From Deltaproteobacteria bacterium (GTDB lineage: Bacteria > Myxococcota_A > Polyangia > JAAYKL01), in contig JAKQNG010000046.1 in the NCBI GenBank assembly GCA_029565915.1, positions 73-64,072 of the forward strand: a stretch of DNA of 64,000 nt. Reading direction: 5' to 3'. The position numbers were made by a program, and so were the translations under genes. Shown here piece by piece: positions 28,211 through 37,013 of this stretch; position 1 is the first letter of the stretch, and each line of letters opens with the position of its first letter. The notes below the pieces were generated by a model. It searched no databases and was not told the DNA's origin. It saw only the letters and a list, made by a program, of their open reading frames with translations.

Positions 28211-29389
28211 TCACGGAAGGACGAGATCCTGGAGCGGAGTTACGGATATTTTGTCATCAATGGGCCAGGATGCCTGTCCGGGGTAGACAATCCACAGATG
28301 AGAGAGGTGGAGGGCTTCGATGGCCGTGCGCATGGATCGGGTCGCAGTGGGTGCTTCGTTGAACTTGATTTCCACCCCGTAACGATGACCGTTGCGCAAC
28401 ACCATCAGATCGAGTTCGGCACCGCTGTGAACAGCCCAGAAATACGCTTCGGATGATGGAAATCGTTGCAGTATCTGTTCTACTGCCAATCCTTCCCATG
28501 ATGCACCGAGTCTCGGGTGCCCCAGGAGCGCATGACGACTCGGGATTTCCAGCAGACAATGGAGGAGTCCCGTATCCCGCAGGTAGAGTTTGGGCGCCCG
28601 CACCTGCCGTTTGCTGATGTTTTCGTGCCATGGCTGGAGTTGCCGCATGACATACGCCCCGCAGAGCACATCGAGATAGGAGCGCACGGTCTTGTCAGAC
28701 ACGCCGAAGGTCCGCCCGAGGTCGGAAGCGTTGAGCGTCTGACCATGACAATGGGCGAGCATGGTCCAGAATCGGCGCATGGCAGGCGACGGCACGCGGA
28801 TACCGAGGGTTGGCAGGTCGCGCTCCAGAAATGTGCGGATGAAACCTTCCCGCCAGGCCAGACTGTCCGCTTCTGTCCTCGCCAGGAAAGATCGCGGGAA
28901 TCCGCCTCGCAGCCACAGTTTGTCGATGCTGTCTTTGACTTCTTCGAGTCGAAAGCCACCGAGTTCCACGAATTCGATCCGGCCGGCAAGGGTTTCGGAA
29001 ACGCCTTTGACGATGTCCGGCGAAGCGCTGCCCAGTAACAGGAAGCGCGCCCGCGTGCCCGGTCTGTCAACCACCACCCGGAGCGTGGAAAACAATTCAG
29101 GCATGCGTTGAATCTCATCCAGGACAACCCAGCCTCTCGCGCTTCCCAGAACCATTTCGGGGTTTTCAAGCCTTCGCTGGTCCTGAAGGGATTCCAGATC
29201 ATAGAATGTCGCATCGCGGCCTTCGCACAGCATCCGTGCGAGGGTGGTTTTGCCGCATTGTCTGGGCCCGAGAAGTGCGGTGACCGGAGATCGACGAATG
29301 GCGATCTCCAATCGCTTGATATAGGCGGACCTGTTGATCATGCATCTGTTATAATCGTGAAAATTAGAAATACAATTCCGAAATTTCAA
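28211..29389 (-). CDS. AAA+ ATPase with C-terminal DUF4143 domain (COG1373-type)
   Basis: Walker A LLGPRQCGKTTL and Walker B VVLDEIQ. Noticeably lower GC than its flanks, with an AT-rich upstream leader at 29390..29430. Confidence 0.8.
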   Translation of the reverse strand: MKFRNCISNFHDYNRCMINRSAYIKRLEIAIRRSPVTALLGPRQCGKTTLARMLCEGRDATFYDLESLQDQRRLENPEMVLGSARGWVVLDEIQRMPELFSTLRVVVDRPGTRARFLLLGSASPDIVKGVSETLAGRIEFVELGGFRLEEVKDSIDKLWLRGGFPRSFLARTEADSLAWREGFIRTFLERDLPTLGIRVPSPAMRRFWTMLAHCHGQTLNASDLGRTFGVSDKTVRSYLDVLCGAYVMRQLQPWHENISKRQVRAPKLYLRDTGLLHCLLEIPSRHALLGHPRLGASWEGLAVEQILQRFPSSEAYFWAVHSGAELDLMVLRNGHRYGVEIKFNEAPTATRSMRTAIEALHLSHLWIVYPGQASWPIDDKISVTPLQDLVLP

Positions 29390-29448
29390 GAAATTAATTG
29401 ATTGGACGACACTTACTCTGCGGCCGGGTCCTGTAGTAGAGTCCGTTC

Positions 29449-30951
29449 ATGCAGAAACTGGCGCCCATCGATCTGACCATCATCGTCCTCTATCTGATCG
29501 GCATGCTCGCCATCGGCTTTTTCACGGGTAAAGGACAGCGCACGGACACGGACTATTTTCTGGGCGGCCGCAAACTGAAGTGGTGGATGGTCGGCATGTC
29601 CATGGTGGTGTCCGACATCGGCGCCCTGGAGCTCATCGGCGTGGCCGGCAGCGCCTACGTGGTGGGCTTCTCCATGGCCAACTTCGACTGGGTGGGCTGC
29701 ATTCCGGCCATGATGCTGGCGGCGTTCATCTTCGTGCCGTTCTTCTGGCGCGCGGGCATCTTCACCATTCCCGAATACCTGGGGCGCCGCTTCAACGCTC
29801 CGGTCCGCACCACCATGGCCATCATCTGGGGGCTCTTCATGTGCGCCCAGCTCGGCGCCTTCCTTTACGCGGCGGCCGTGGCCATGGAGACCCTGCTCGG
29901 CTGGCCCCTGTGGACCTCCGTCCTCCTCACGGCGGGCGTCGTCGGTGTGTACACCTTCAGCGGCGGCCTGGCGGCCGTAGTCATCACCGATGCGGTCCAG
30001 TTCGTCATCCTGTTTTTCGGCAGCGCGTTGATCCTCGGCTTCGGTCTCTACCGCCTCGGCGGCATCGACGGACTCATCGCCGCGGTGGACACCGGTGCGC
30101 CGGGAAAGGAACACTACTTCCACCTCATTCTTCCGGGCGACACGCCGCATCCGTTTTCATGGTCCGCCGTGCTGTTCGGACTGGCGCTGGTCCTGTCGCC
30201 GGCCTACTGGATCGGCAATCAGGCCATCATCCAGCGCAACCTGGCCTGCGGCTCCGTGCGGGACGCCAAAAAATCCGTGCTGTTCGGCGCGTTTCTCAAG
30301 CTGTTCATTCCCTTTGTCATCGTAGTGCCCGGCATGCTGGGGCTGGCCCTGTATCCGAACCTCGGAAAGCCCGACGGCGTCTACCCCCACCTGCTCGCGA
30401 CCCTGCTGCCCGACGGCGCGCGGGGCATCGTCTTCGCGGCGTTCCTCGCGGCCCTCATGTCCAGCGTCGACTCCTATCTGAACTCCGCCTCCACCCTGTG
30501 GACCATGGATATCCATAAACAGTGGTTCCGCAGGGATGCGACGCCGGAGGACTGCTACCGCAAAGGACGCCTGCTCACGGGCATCTTCATCGTCGCGGCC
30601 ATTCCTCTGGCCTTTGTGGCGGGCCGCTTCGGCAACCTGTTCACCTACATGCAGACCATGCTCTCCCTGTTCCAGGGGCCCACCCTGGCGGTGCTGGCCG
30701 CGGGCATGCTGTGGAAGCGGGCCAACGGAACCGGCGCCGCGGCGGCGCTCCTCGCGGGACTGGCCGCCAGCATTCTCCTTCACGTCTACCGCTGCGACAT
30801 CTTCATCGCCGCCGATCCCTACCTGTACATTGCCTGGTGGTCGTTTGTCGTCGCCCTGTGTGCCATGGTCACCGGCAGCCTGCTCAGCGCGCCCCCCGCC
30901 GACGGGAAGACCCGTGGACTGACCTTCACAAAGGAGGACGCCCATGACTGA
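29449..30951 (+). CDS. Sodium:solute symporter family (SSS) transporter
   Basis: About 13 TM helices. N-terminal DYFLGGRKLKWWMVGMSMVVSDIGALELIG is the SSS signature. Confidence 0.85.
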   Translation: MQKLAPIDLTIIVLYLIGMLAIGFFTGKGQRTDTDYFLGGRKLKWWMVGMSMVVSDIGALELIGVAGSAYVVGFSMANFDWVGCIPAMMLAAFIFVPFFWRAGIFTIPEYLGRRFNAPVRTTMAIIWGLFMCAQLGAFLYAAAVAMETLLGWPLWTSVLLTAGVVGVYTFSGGLAAVVITDAVQFVILFFGSALILGFGLYRLGGIDGLIAAVDTGAPGKEHYFHLILPGDTPHPFSWSAVLFGLALVLSPAYWIGNQAIIQRNLACGSVRDAKKSVLFGAFLKLFIPFVIVVPGMLGLALYPNLGKPDGVYPHLLATLLPDGARGIVFAAFLAALMSSVDSYLNSASTLWTMDIHKQWFRRDATPEDCYRKGRLLTGIFIVAAIPLAFVAGRFGNLFTYMQTMLSLFQGPTLAVLAAGMLWKRANGTGAAAALLAGLAASILLHVYRCDIFIAADPYLYIAWWSFVVALCAMVTGSLLSAPPADGKTRGLTFTKEDAHD

Positions 30952-31204
30952 ACCCACCGGCCCCGCCCGACTGCTGAAGCCCTTCGCCCGGGAGCTGTAC
31001 GCCCTCGTCACCGCCGTCGACGTATCTGCCGCGCGCTGGATCTTCGTCGGCCTGCTCGTTCTTCTGCTCATCTTCCTGCTGCGTCTTTCCGGCGAAGGAC
31101 GAGACCCGGTCACCGGTGTCCGACGTCCCCTGTGGCGCGACCTGCGCGTGTACGCCGCCCTCATCGTCTCTGCCCAGGCAGGCCTGTACCTCCTGTTCGG
31201 CTGA
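30944..31204 (+). CDS. Small 2-TM membrane protein translationally coupled (ATGA) to the SSS transporter
   Basis: Start overlaps the transporter stop. Hydrophobic FVGLLVLLLIFLL and VYAALIVSAQAGLYLLFG. Confidence 0.4.
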   Translation: MTEPTGPARLLKPFARELYALVTAVDVSAARWIFVGLLVLLLIFLLRLSGEGRDPVTGVRRPLWRDLRVYAALIVSAQAGLYLLFG

Positions 31205-31277
31205 AAATCACTTTCCGTCGTGGCGACGGCCGTTTCACCAATGACGGCGCGCCGCTTTTCCATTAGGATGCGCACCC

Positions 31278-32303
31278 ATGTCCCACGGACGATTTCAGAA
31301 TCCCGTATCCGCTGCCATGGCCGGCTTCGCGGATCATTTTCGGAAACAGGAGCTGGCCGACCACCTGACCGACGCGGACCACCTCGTGGGTCGCACCTGC
31401 CTCGTCACCGGCGCCAACCGGGGGCTGGGCTTTGCCATTGCAACGGAGTTTGCCAGGCGCGGGGGCCGCGTGCTGATGGCCTGCCGCAGTGACATTCCCG
31501 GCGCCGGTGAGCGGGTAAAGGAACTCTCAAAATCCCAGAAAGTGGAAATGCTGCCGGTGGACCTGAGCGACGTGGATGCCATCCGGGCGTTCTGCGCGCA
31601 ATTGAAAGAACGCGGAGAAACCCTCGACGTGGTCGTCCTGAACGCGGGGGTCACACCGCCGACATCCAACCACACGCGGCAGGGTCAGGACCGGATGTTC
31701 GCCGTCAACTATCTGGCCAACGTCATCCTCACGCGGCGCCTGCTGGCCTCCGGTGTCATCCCCAACGAAACCGCGGGCAACCGCGCAAGAAAGCCGCCGC
31801 GAATCATCTTCATTTCGTCGGACTCCCACCAGGGCGCTTCCGCCATCGACTTTGACGAGTTCGGCAGCACGGCTCCCTACGGCGTGACAAAGGCCATCCA
31901 CAACTACAGCTACTTCAAGCTGGTGCTGAACACGTATGCGACGGAGCTGTCCCGCCGCCTCAACCGGGACGGCCGGGTGGACGTGTCGGTGAACGTCATC
32001 TGCCCCGGACCGGTGAACACGGACATCATCCGGGACGCGCCTTTTTTGCTGCGCCTCGTCCTGCGGGGCATCTTCACCCTGGTCTTCCAGCCCCCCGCGA
32101 AAGCCGCCCTGCCCGTGGCCTTTCTGGCCGCCGCAAAGGAGATGGCCGGCACGACCAACGAATACCTGCACATGTTCAACAAGAAGCGCATGGACGAAAA
32201 ATGCTACGACGCCCGGGCCGGCGCCCTGCTGTGGCAACGGTCCATGGAACTCTGGTCCCGCATCGACCGGGACCTGCCGGAGGACAGATTGCCACATGAT
32301 TGA
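31278..32303 (+). CDS. Short-chain dehydrogenase/reductase (SDR) family oxidoreductase
   Basis: Rossmann motif CLVTGANRGLGFAIA, NAG, catalytic YSYFK (YxxxK). Confidence 0.8.
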   Translation: MSHGRFQNPVSAAMAGFADHFRKQELADHLTDADHLVGRTCLVTGANRGLGFAIATEFARRGGRVLMACRSDIPGAGERVKELSKSQKVEMLPVDLSDVDAIRAFCAQLKERGETLDVVVLNAGVTPPTSNHTRQGQDRMFAVNYLANVILTRRLLASGVIPNETAGNRARKPPRIIFISSDSHQGASAIDFDEFGSTAPYGVTKAIHNYSYFKLVLNTYATELSRRLNRDGRVDVSVNVICPGPVNTDIIRDAPFLLRLVLRGIFTLVFQPPAKAALPVAFLAAAKEMAGTTNEYLHMFNKKRMDEKCYDARAGALLWQRSMELWSRIDRDLPEDRLPHD

Positions 32304-33177
32304 CCCTCATCGATTTTCGCGCGGGCAGGGAATGGTCATCCTCTGCCTCATCTACGCGGCAGCCCTTGGCATCGGCGCCCTCACGGCCCTGCTGGTGCCC
32401 GCATCGCCTCTGCTGCGCGCCCTGGCGGCGGACCTCGCGGCCACGCTGGTGGTGTTCATCGCCTCCATGTTTTTTAACAACTCCAGCATGTACGACCCGT
32501 ACTGGAGCGTCGCCCCGCCGGTGCTGGTCCTGTTCTGGATGGTCGATGCACAGGCGGGCATGTCGGTCCGGACCATCCTGATGCCGGCCCTGGTCCTCGC
32601 CTGGGCGGCACGCCTCACGGCCAATTTCCTGCGCCACTGGAAGGGCATGCACCACGAGGACTGGCGCTACGCGGATTTCCGGGAGCGGGGCATGGCCGCC
32701 TACCGCTTCGTCAGCTTCACGGGCTTTCACTTCCTGCCCACGCTCATCGTCTTTGCGGGCTGTGTGCCCGTCTACTACGCCATCGGCCGCACGGCCCCCG
32801 TCGGATGGCTCGACGGCGTCGCCGCCCTCGTCACGGCCCTGGCCATCGTCATCGAGGCGGTAGCGGATGCGCAGATGCGCTCTTCGGTCCGCGCGGGGGG
32901 CACGGGAAAAACCACCTTTACCGGCGGTTTGTGGGCATATTCACGCCATCCCAACTACGTGGGCGAAGTGCTCTTCTGGTGGGGCCTGTGGCTCTTTGCC
33001 GTGGCCGCCGATGCCTCCCTGTGGTGGACCGTATTCGGCCCCGCGGGTGTCACCCTGCTGTTTGTCTTTATCAGCATTCCCCTCATGGAAGCGCACATGA
33101 AGAAGCGCCGCAGCGACTGGGACACCGTCTGCGCCCGCGTGCCGGCCTTTCTGCCCTGGTTCCAGAAGCGTTCCTGA
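32296..33177 (+). CDS. DUF1295 / steroid-5-alpha-reductase / ICMT-like integral membrane protein
   Basis: Multiple TM helices. C-terminal YSRHPNYVGEVLFWWGLWLF (HPNY motif). Start overlaps the SDR stop by 8 bp. Confidence 0.7.
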   Translation: MIDPHRFSRGQGMVILCLIYAAALGIGALTALLVPASPLLRALAADLAATLVVFIASMFFNNSSMYDPYWSVAPPVLVLFWMVDAQAGMSVRTILMPALVLAWAARLTANFLRHWKGMHHEDWRYADFRERGMAAYRFVSFTGFHFLPTLIVFAGCVPVYYAIGRTAPVGWLDGVAALVTALAIVIEAVADAQMRSSVRAGGTGKTTFTGGLWAYSRHPNYVGEVLFWWGLWLFAVAADASLWWTVFGPAGVTLLFVFISIPLMEAHMKKRRSDWDTVCARVPAFLPWFQKRS

Positions 33178-33181
33178 CCAT

Positions 33182-33697
33182 TCAGGGCAGAAGCAGGATG
33201 GTGCGCAGCGCCGGAGAGTGAAAATCCGGTCTGTCGGTCGGGTGCGAAAAAGCGAAATACTGAAGGGCCCCACTGTCGTCTTCAATGATCGCCGCCGGCG
33301 CGCACAACAGGGGCATCTTCGCCACATCGTCCGGCAGAGAAACCTGGAAGAACCACCGCCAGCCGTCCGGCAACCGGGTCCGTCTGACGAGATGCAGCGC
33401 GGCCCCGCCTTCTTCCGCCATGCCATCCCGGTATGCCGCAAACCGGTAGCTGTTCCAGCGGCCGTCCGGCGCGAAGTTGAATTCCAGATATCCGTCTGTT
33501 CGCGGGACGCCGGCAAACAGCTCCAGGCACGTGTGCCGCCACAGCCCGTCCGCGCGGGAAGGCGGCAAAGGAACCGGCGGTTCCGGACACCCACCCCGGA
33601 CAAAGAATGCGAGCTGCAGATGAAGGCCCTGCCGCCGGAGAGCGGCGGACACGGACAGCGGACACAACCGGTCAAAGGGATGCAGACGGCAGAACAT
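33182..33697 (-). CDS. Hypothetical protein
   Basis: ORF only. Abuts the HAD hydrolase gene on the same strand. No motif recognised. Confidence 0.35.
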   Translation of the reverse strand: MFCRLHPFDRLCPLSVSAALRRQGLHLQLAFFVRGGCPEPPVPLPPSRADGLWRHTCLELFAGVPRTDGYLEFNFAPDGRWNSYRFAAYRDGMAEEGGAALHLVRRTRLPDGWRWFFQVSLPDDVAKMPLLCAPAAIIEDDSGALQYFAFSHPTDRPDFHSPALRTILLLP

Positions 33698-33700
33698 GGT

Positions 33701-34387
33701 TCATCCGAACCGCCGCGCGAGGATATCCACCAGCCCGTCGCCGATGGTGTCCACCACCTCATCCGCACCGGCCTCCTTCAGCATCGCGGCCGTGTAGCGT
33801 CCACCGGGCACGCCGATACAGATGGCGCCGGCGGCATGGGCGCCCCGGATGTCGTGAACTGTATCGCCGATGACCGCAACGGGTCGATGGCCTCCTTCGT
33901 CACAGCGGCGGGCGGCAATGCGGACGATGTCCGGGCGATCTTCGGCGTCGTCGCCGAAACCGCCCATGTCCATGCAGAAAAGATGGTCAATGCCCGCGCT
34001 GGCAAGCTTGATTTGCGCACCGATTCTTACGTTGCCGGTGGCCAGGCCGATAACAGCGCCCATGGACGCCATCTGCGGAATCACCCGGTGGGGATCGCCC
34101 AGGGCGACGTAACTGTCGTCGCCGATGAACCGCCGCAGGTGCCCCACGTAGGCCTTGAGCAGCGCATCCACCTGCACCCGGGAAGGTTCCCGCACACCTC
34201 CCAGCACCAGCAGCCGGGCAGCCACCCGCAGATCCGTAGCGCCGGCGAAATCCACGCGGTCGGCGAGGCCCGTGACCCCGGTCGCTTCCCGGGCGGCTTC
34301 GTTCATGGCGCGGATACCGGGGCTCGCCGTATCGCCCGAGCGGGACAACAGAGTGCCGTCGATGTCGAACAGGACAACGCAGTTCAT
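33701..34387 (-). CDS. HAD-superfamily hydrolase (phosphoglycolate-phosphatase-like)
   Basis: Internal start MNCVVLFDIDGTLL (HAD motif I DxDGT), later GDTVHDIRGAHAAGA (motif IV-like). Confidence 0.75.
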   Translation of the reverse strand: MNCVVLFDIDGTLLSRSGDTASPGIRAMNEAAREATGVTGLADRVDFAGATDLRVAARLLVLGGVREPSRVQVDALLKAYVGHLRRFIGDDSYVALGDPHRVIPQMASMGAVIGLATGNVRIGAQIKLASAGIDHLFCMDMGGFGDDAEDRPDIVRIAARRCDEGGHRPVAVIGDTVHDIRGAHAAGAICIGVPGGRYTAAMLKEAGADEVVDTIGDGLVDILARRFG

Positions 34388-34488
34388 GGCAGAAAACACC
34401 GGTCGGGGCAGTCGGTCCGGGTGGAAATAGTAGTGAAGGCAGCCACGGAACGGTATATAGTCCGCTGGCAACCACACTGTAAAGGAGA

Positions 34489-35715
34489 GTGTCCACCATG
34501 CCCGGATTCCAACGCGTTTTCATTGTCCTCCTCGCTCTTTCCGCCCTTCCGGGCTGCTACCGGATGAAGCTGCAGCTCGTGGATGCGTCCGTGCAGAAAC
34601 CGTCCAATGTGGCCGTGTACTTTTCCATGGATGACCGCAACGGCAATCCGGCGCCGGGGGTTACCGCAGATCGCTTTCAGATTTATGAGGACGGCAAGCT
34701 CATCTCCACCTACGAAAGTCAGCAGACCATCCTCAACCAGGAGGTGGCCATCGAACGCTACACCCTGCTGTTGCTGGACATGAGCGGATCCGTGGTGGAT
34801 TCCGGTCAGGTGCCCCAGGTGCAGGAAGCGGTGGGCGCGTTTCTCGAAAACATCGGCGACAACGAAAAAATTGCCATCTACGCCTTTGACGGCCGCGAAG
34901 AAATCATCCCCATTGCAAAGTTCGGCGTGCGCGAGGAAGCCCTGGCCCGCCGCAACGAGCTGCTCTCGTCCTATGAGCCGAAGGATCCGTCCACCAACCT
35001 GAACGGCGCCATCGTAAAAGGCGTTGAGGTGCTGAAGGACGGCATGGACGACTCGGACGTGCCCCTGCGCTTCGGCACCATGGCCATCTTCACGGACGGC
35101 ACGGACCGCGCCCACCGGGCCACATCGGAAGACGCGATGAATGCGCTGGAAGACAACAATATCCGCTCGTTCGTCATCGGCCTCGGCGGCGAGGTGGATA
35201 CGGAGGAAATGCAGCGGTTCGGCAGGGACGGTTTTGTCCACGCGCAGGACAAGGGCAGCATCGTGGACTCCTTCAAGAAGGTGGCCGATCAGATCAATTC
35301 CCAGGCCCTTCGCTATTACCTGTTTTCCTACTGCAGTCCGTCCCGGGCGGGCACCCACGAACTCACCGTGATGGTGGAGGTGGCATCCAGCGACAAAACG
35401 GACAAAGGGCGCCTGAAGTACACATTTGACGCGGAGGGTTTTGAGCCGGGCTGCGATCCGACGGACACGCCGAAGTTCGAAATCCCCGACGAGTCCGAGC
35501 AGACGGCGGAAGACAATAGAAAGAAGGCGGAAGAGGCAAAGGCAGACCCGAAGAAGGACGCGAAGGCCAACCGGAAGAAAGAGAAGGAGAAGACCGAACA
35601 GAAAAAGGAAAAGAAAACCGGCGCATCCACAGCGATCAAACTGGAAGAGAAAGAATCCCCCGCGCCGGAGACTGCGCCGCAGGAGAGCGCCGCGCCCCCC
35701 GTGCAGGGCTACTGA
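34489..35715 (+). CDS. Lipoprotein with von Willebrand factor A (VWA) domain and Lys/Glu-rich C-terminal tail
   Basis: Signal plus lipobox LSALPGC. MIDAS motif LLLLDMSGSV, ...FTDGTD. C-terminus KKAEEAKADPKKDAKANRKKEKEKTEQKKEKK. Confidence 0.7.
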   Translation: MSTMPGFQRVFIVLLALSALPGCYRMKLQLVDASVQKPSNVAVYFSMDDRNGNPAPGVTADRFQIYEDGKLISTYESQQTILNQEVAIERYTLLLLDMSGSVVDSGQVPQVQEAVGAFLENIGDNEKIAIYAFDGREEIIPIAKFGVREEALARRNELLSSYEPKDPSTNLNGAIVKGVEVLKDGMDDSDVPLRFGTMAIFTDGTDRAHRATSEDAMNALEDNNIRSFVIGLGGEVDTEEMQRFGRDGFVHAQDKGSIVDSFKKVADQINSQALRYYLFSYCSPSRAGTHELTVMVEVASSDKTDKGRLKYTFDAEGFEPGCDPTDTPKFEIPDESEQTAEDNRKKAEEAKADPKKDAKANRKKEKEKTEQKKEKKTGASTAIKLEEKESPAPETAPQESAAPPVQGY

Positions 35716-35802
35716 CCCCGCTCTTTACCCTCGCGCAAAAGAGATTTAAATCCGGTCGGTTCTCTGATACATCCCGGAGCCGGACAAAGGCTCTTGAAAT
35801 GA

Positions 35803-36447
35803 TTGCACATGAAGCACTGTAAACTGTTTTTGATCTGTCTGTTTCTCACCCCGGCAGCGGGATGCGGCGAAAAGCAATACCCCGAAGATCCGACCTGCGA
35901 CGATCTGGCGCTCATCGCCGCGACGGACGTCCTGCCGCCGGACCTCACCGACGAACGGCAGGCGGCCCTCGACATCTACGAATCCCTGTCCGGCCGATGG
36001 AGCGGCACCTGGGTCTGCCCCGGTGGTCCGGAGGCGACGGCGGAGATCCGCATTGACAGCGTGTCGCCGGCGGGAGTGGAGTTCTATGATATGACGGAAG
36101 ACGCGCAGTGCAATTCGGTGGGCGTGGCCGTTTTTGAAGCCACCCTGTCGGGCACCGCGAATCCGGACATGGATGACGTCACATTCTACATGACAGCGGA
36201 CCTGCTGGGTGTGACCGAAACGGGATTCGCGCCGTCACAGGTGTACCAGCTCCAGGCGACCAGTGAGACCCGGGCATCGACGGCGCCGGGCGTTTCCTCC
36301 TTCAGCCTGAAAGTCCGGGTGGACTACGACGGCCTGCCCTCCGCCGTGGAATTCGTCACCACAAACCCGGTTTCCGGCGCCAACGGATCGGTCAGCTACA
36401 CCCAGGGTGAACGGTGCACCTTGCGGGACTGGGTTCCTTCACCCTGA
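35803..36447 (+). CDS. Hypothetical lipoprotein
   Basis: Signal plus lipobox LFLTPAAGCG. No motif recognised. Confidence 0.45.
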   Translation: MHMKHCKLFLICLFLTPAAGCGEKQYPEDPTCDDLALIAATDVLPPDLTDERQAALDIYESLSGRWSGTWVCPGGPEATAEIRIDSVSPAGVEFYDMTEDAQCNSVGVAVFEATLSGTANPDMDDVTFYMTADLLGVTETGFAPSQVYQLQATSETRASTAPGVSSFSLKVRVDYDGLPSAVEFVTTNPVSGANGSVSYTQGERCTLRDWVPSP

Positions 36448-36466
36448 TGCACAGGACGGACACTTC

Positions 36467-36991
36467 ATGGAGATGATTGAGCTGCTGAGGGCGCGTCGCA
36501 GCGCCAGGAGTTTCAAGGACGAACCTGTTCCCGGAGAGATGATTGACCTGCTCAAGGAAGCGCTGGTGCGCGCGCCCACGTCCAGGGACAACCGTCCGTG
36601 GGAGTTTGTCTTCGTGGACGATCGGAACCTCCTCGCTCAGCTCTCGTCGGCCAAGCCCCACGGAGCGTCCTTCCTCCGCGATGCGCCTCTCGGTGTCGTC
36701 ATCCTTGCCGACGAAACGAAATCGGATGTCTGGGTGGAGGATTGTGCCATTGCGGCCATTACGCTGCAGTACCAGTGCGAATCCCTCGGCCTCGGCAGCT
36801 GCTGGGTGCAGATCCGGATGCGGGAATTCGCCGCCGGCATCAGCTCGGAAAAACGGGTAAAGGAACTGCTGCACGCCCCCGATCACCTGCGGGTCGCATG
36901 CATCGTCGCCATCGGATTTCGAAAGCGGAAGGCGCGGGAAACCTCCTTTGACAGCCTGCCCCACGACCGCTTTCACACAAACGGATTCTGA
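36467..36991 (+). CDS. Nitroreductase-family protein
   Basis: MEMIELLRARRSARSFKDEPVPGEMIDLLKEALVRAPTSRDNRPWEFVFV is the nitroreductase N-terminal signature. Start taken at the internal ATG after the upstream lipoprotein stop. Confidence 0.8.
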   Translation: MEMIELLRARRSARSFKDEPVPGEMIDLLKEALVRAPTSRDNRPWEFVFVDDRNLLAQLSSAKPHGASFLRDAPLGVVILADETKSDVWVEDCAIAAITLQYQCESLGLGSCWVQIRMREFAAGISSEKRVKELLHAPDHLRVACIVAIGFRKRKARETSFDSLPHDRFHTNGF

Positions 36992-37013
36992 CCTGAAAAA
37001 AGGAGCGCGCAGC

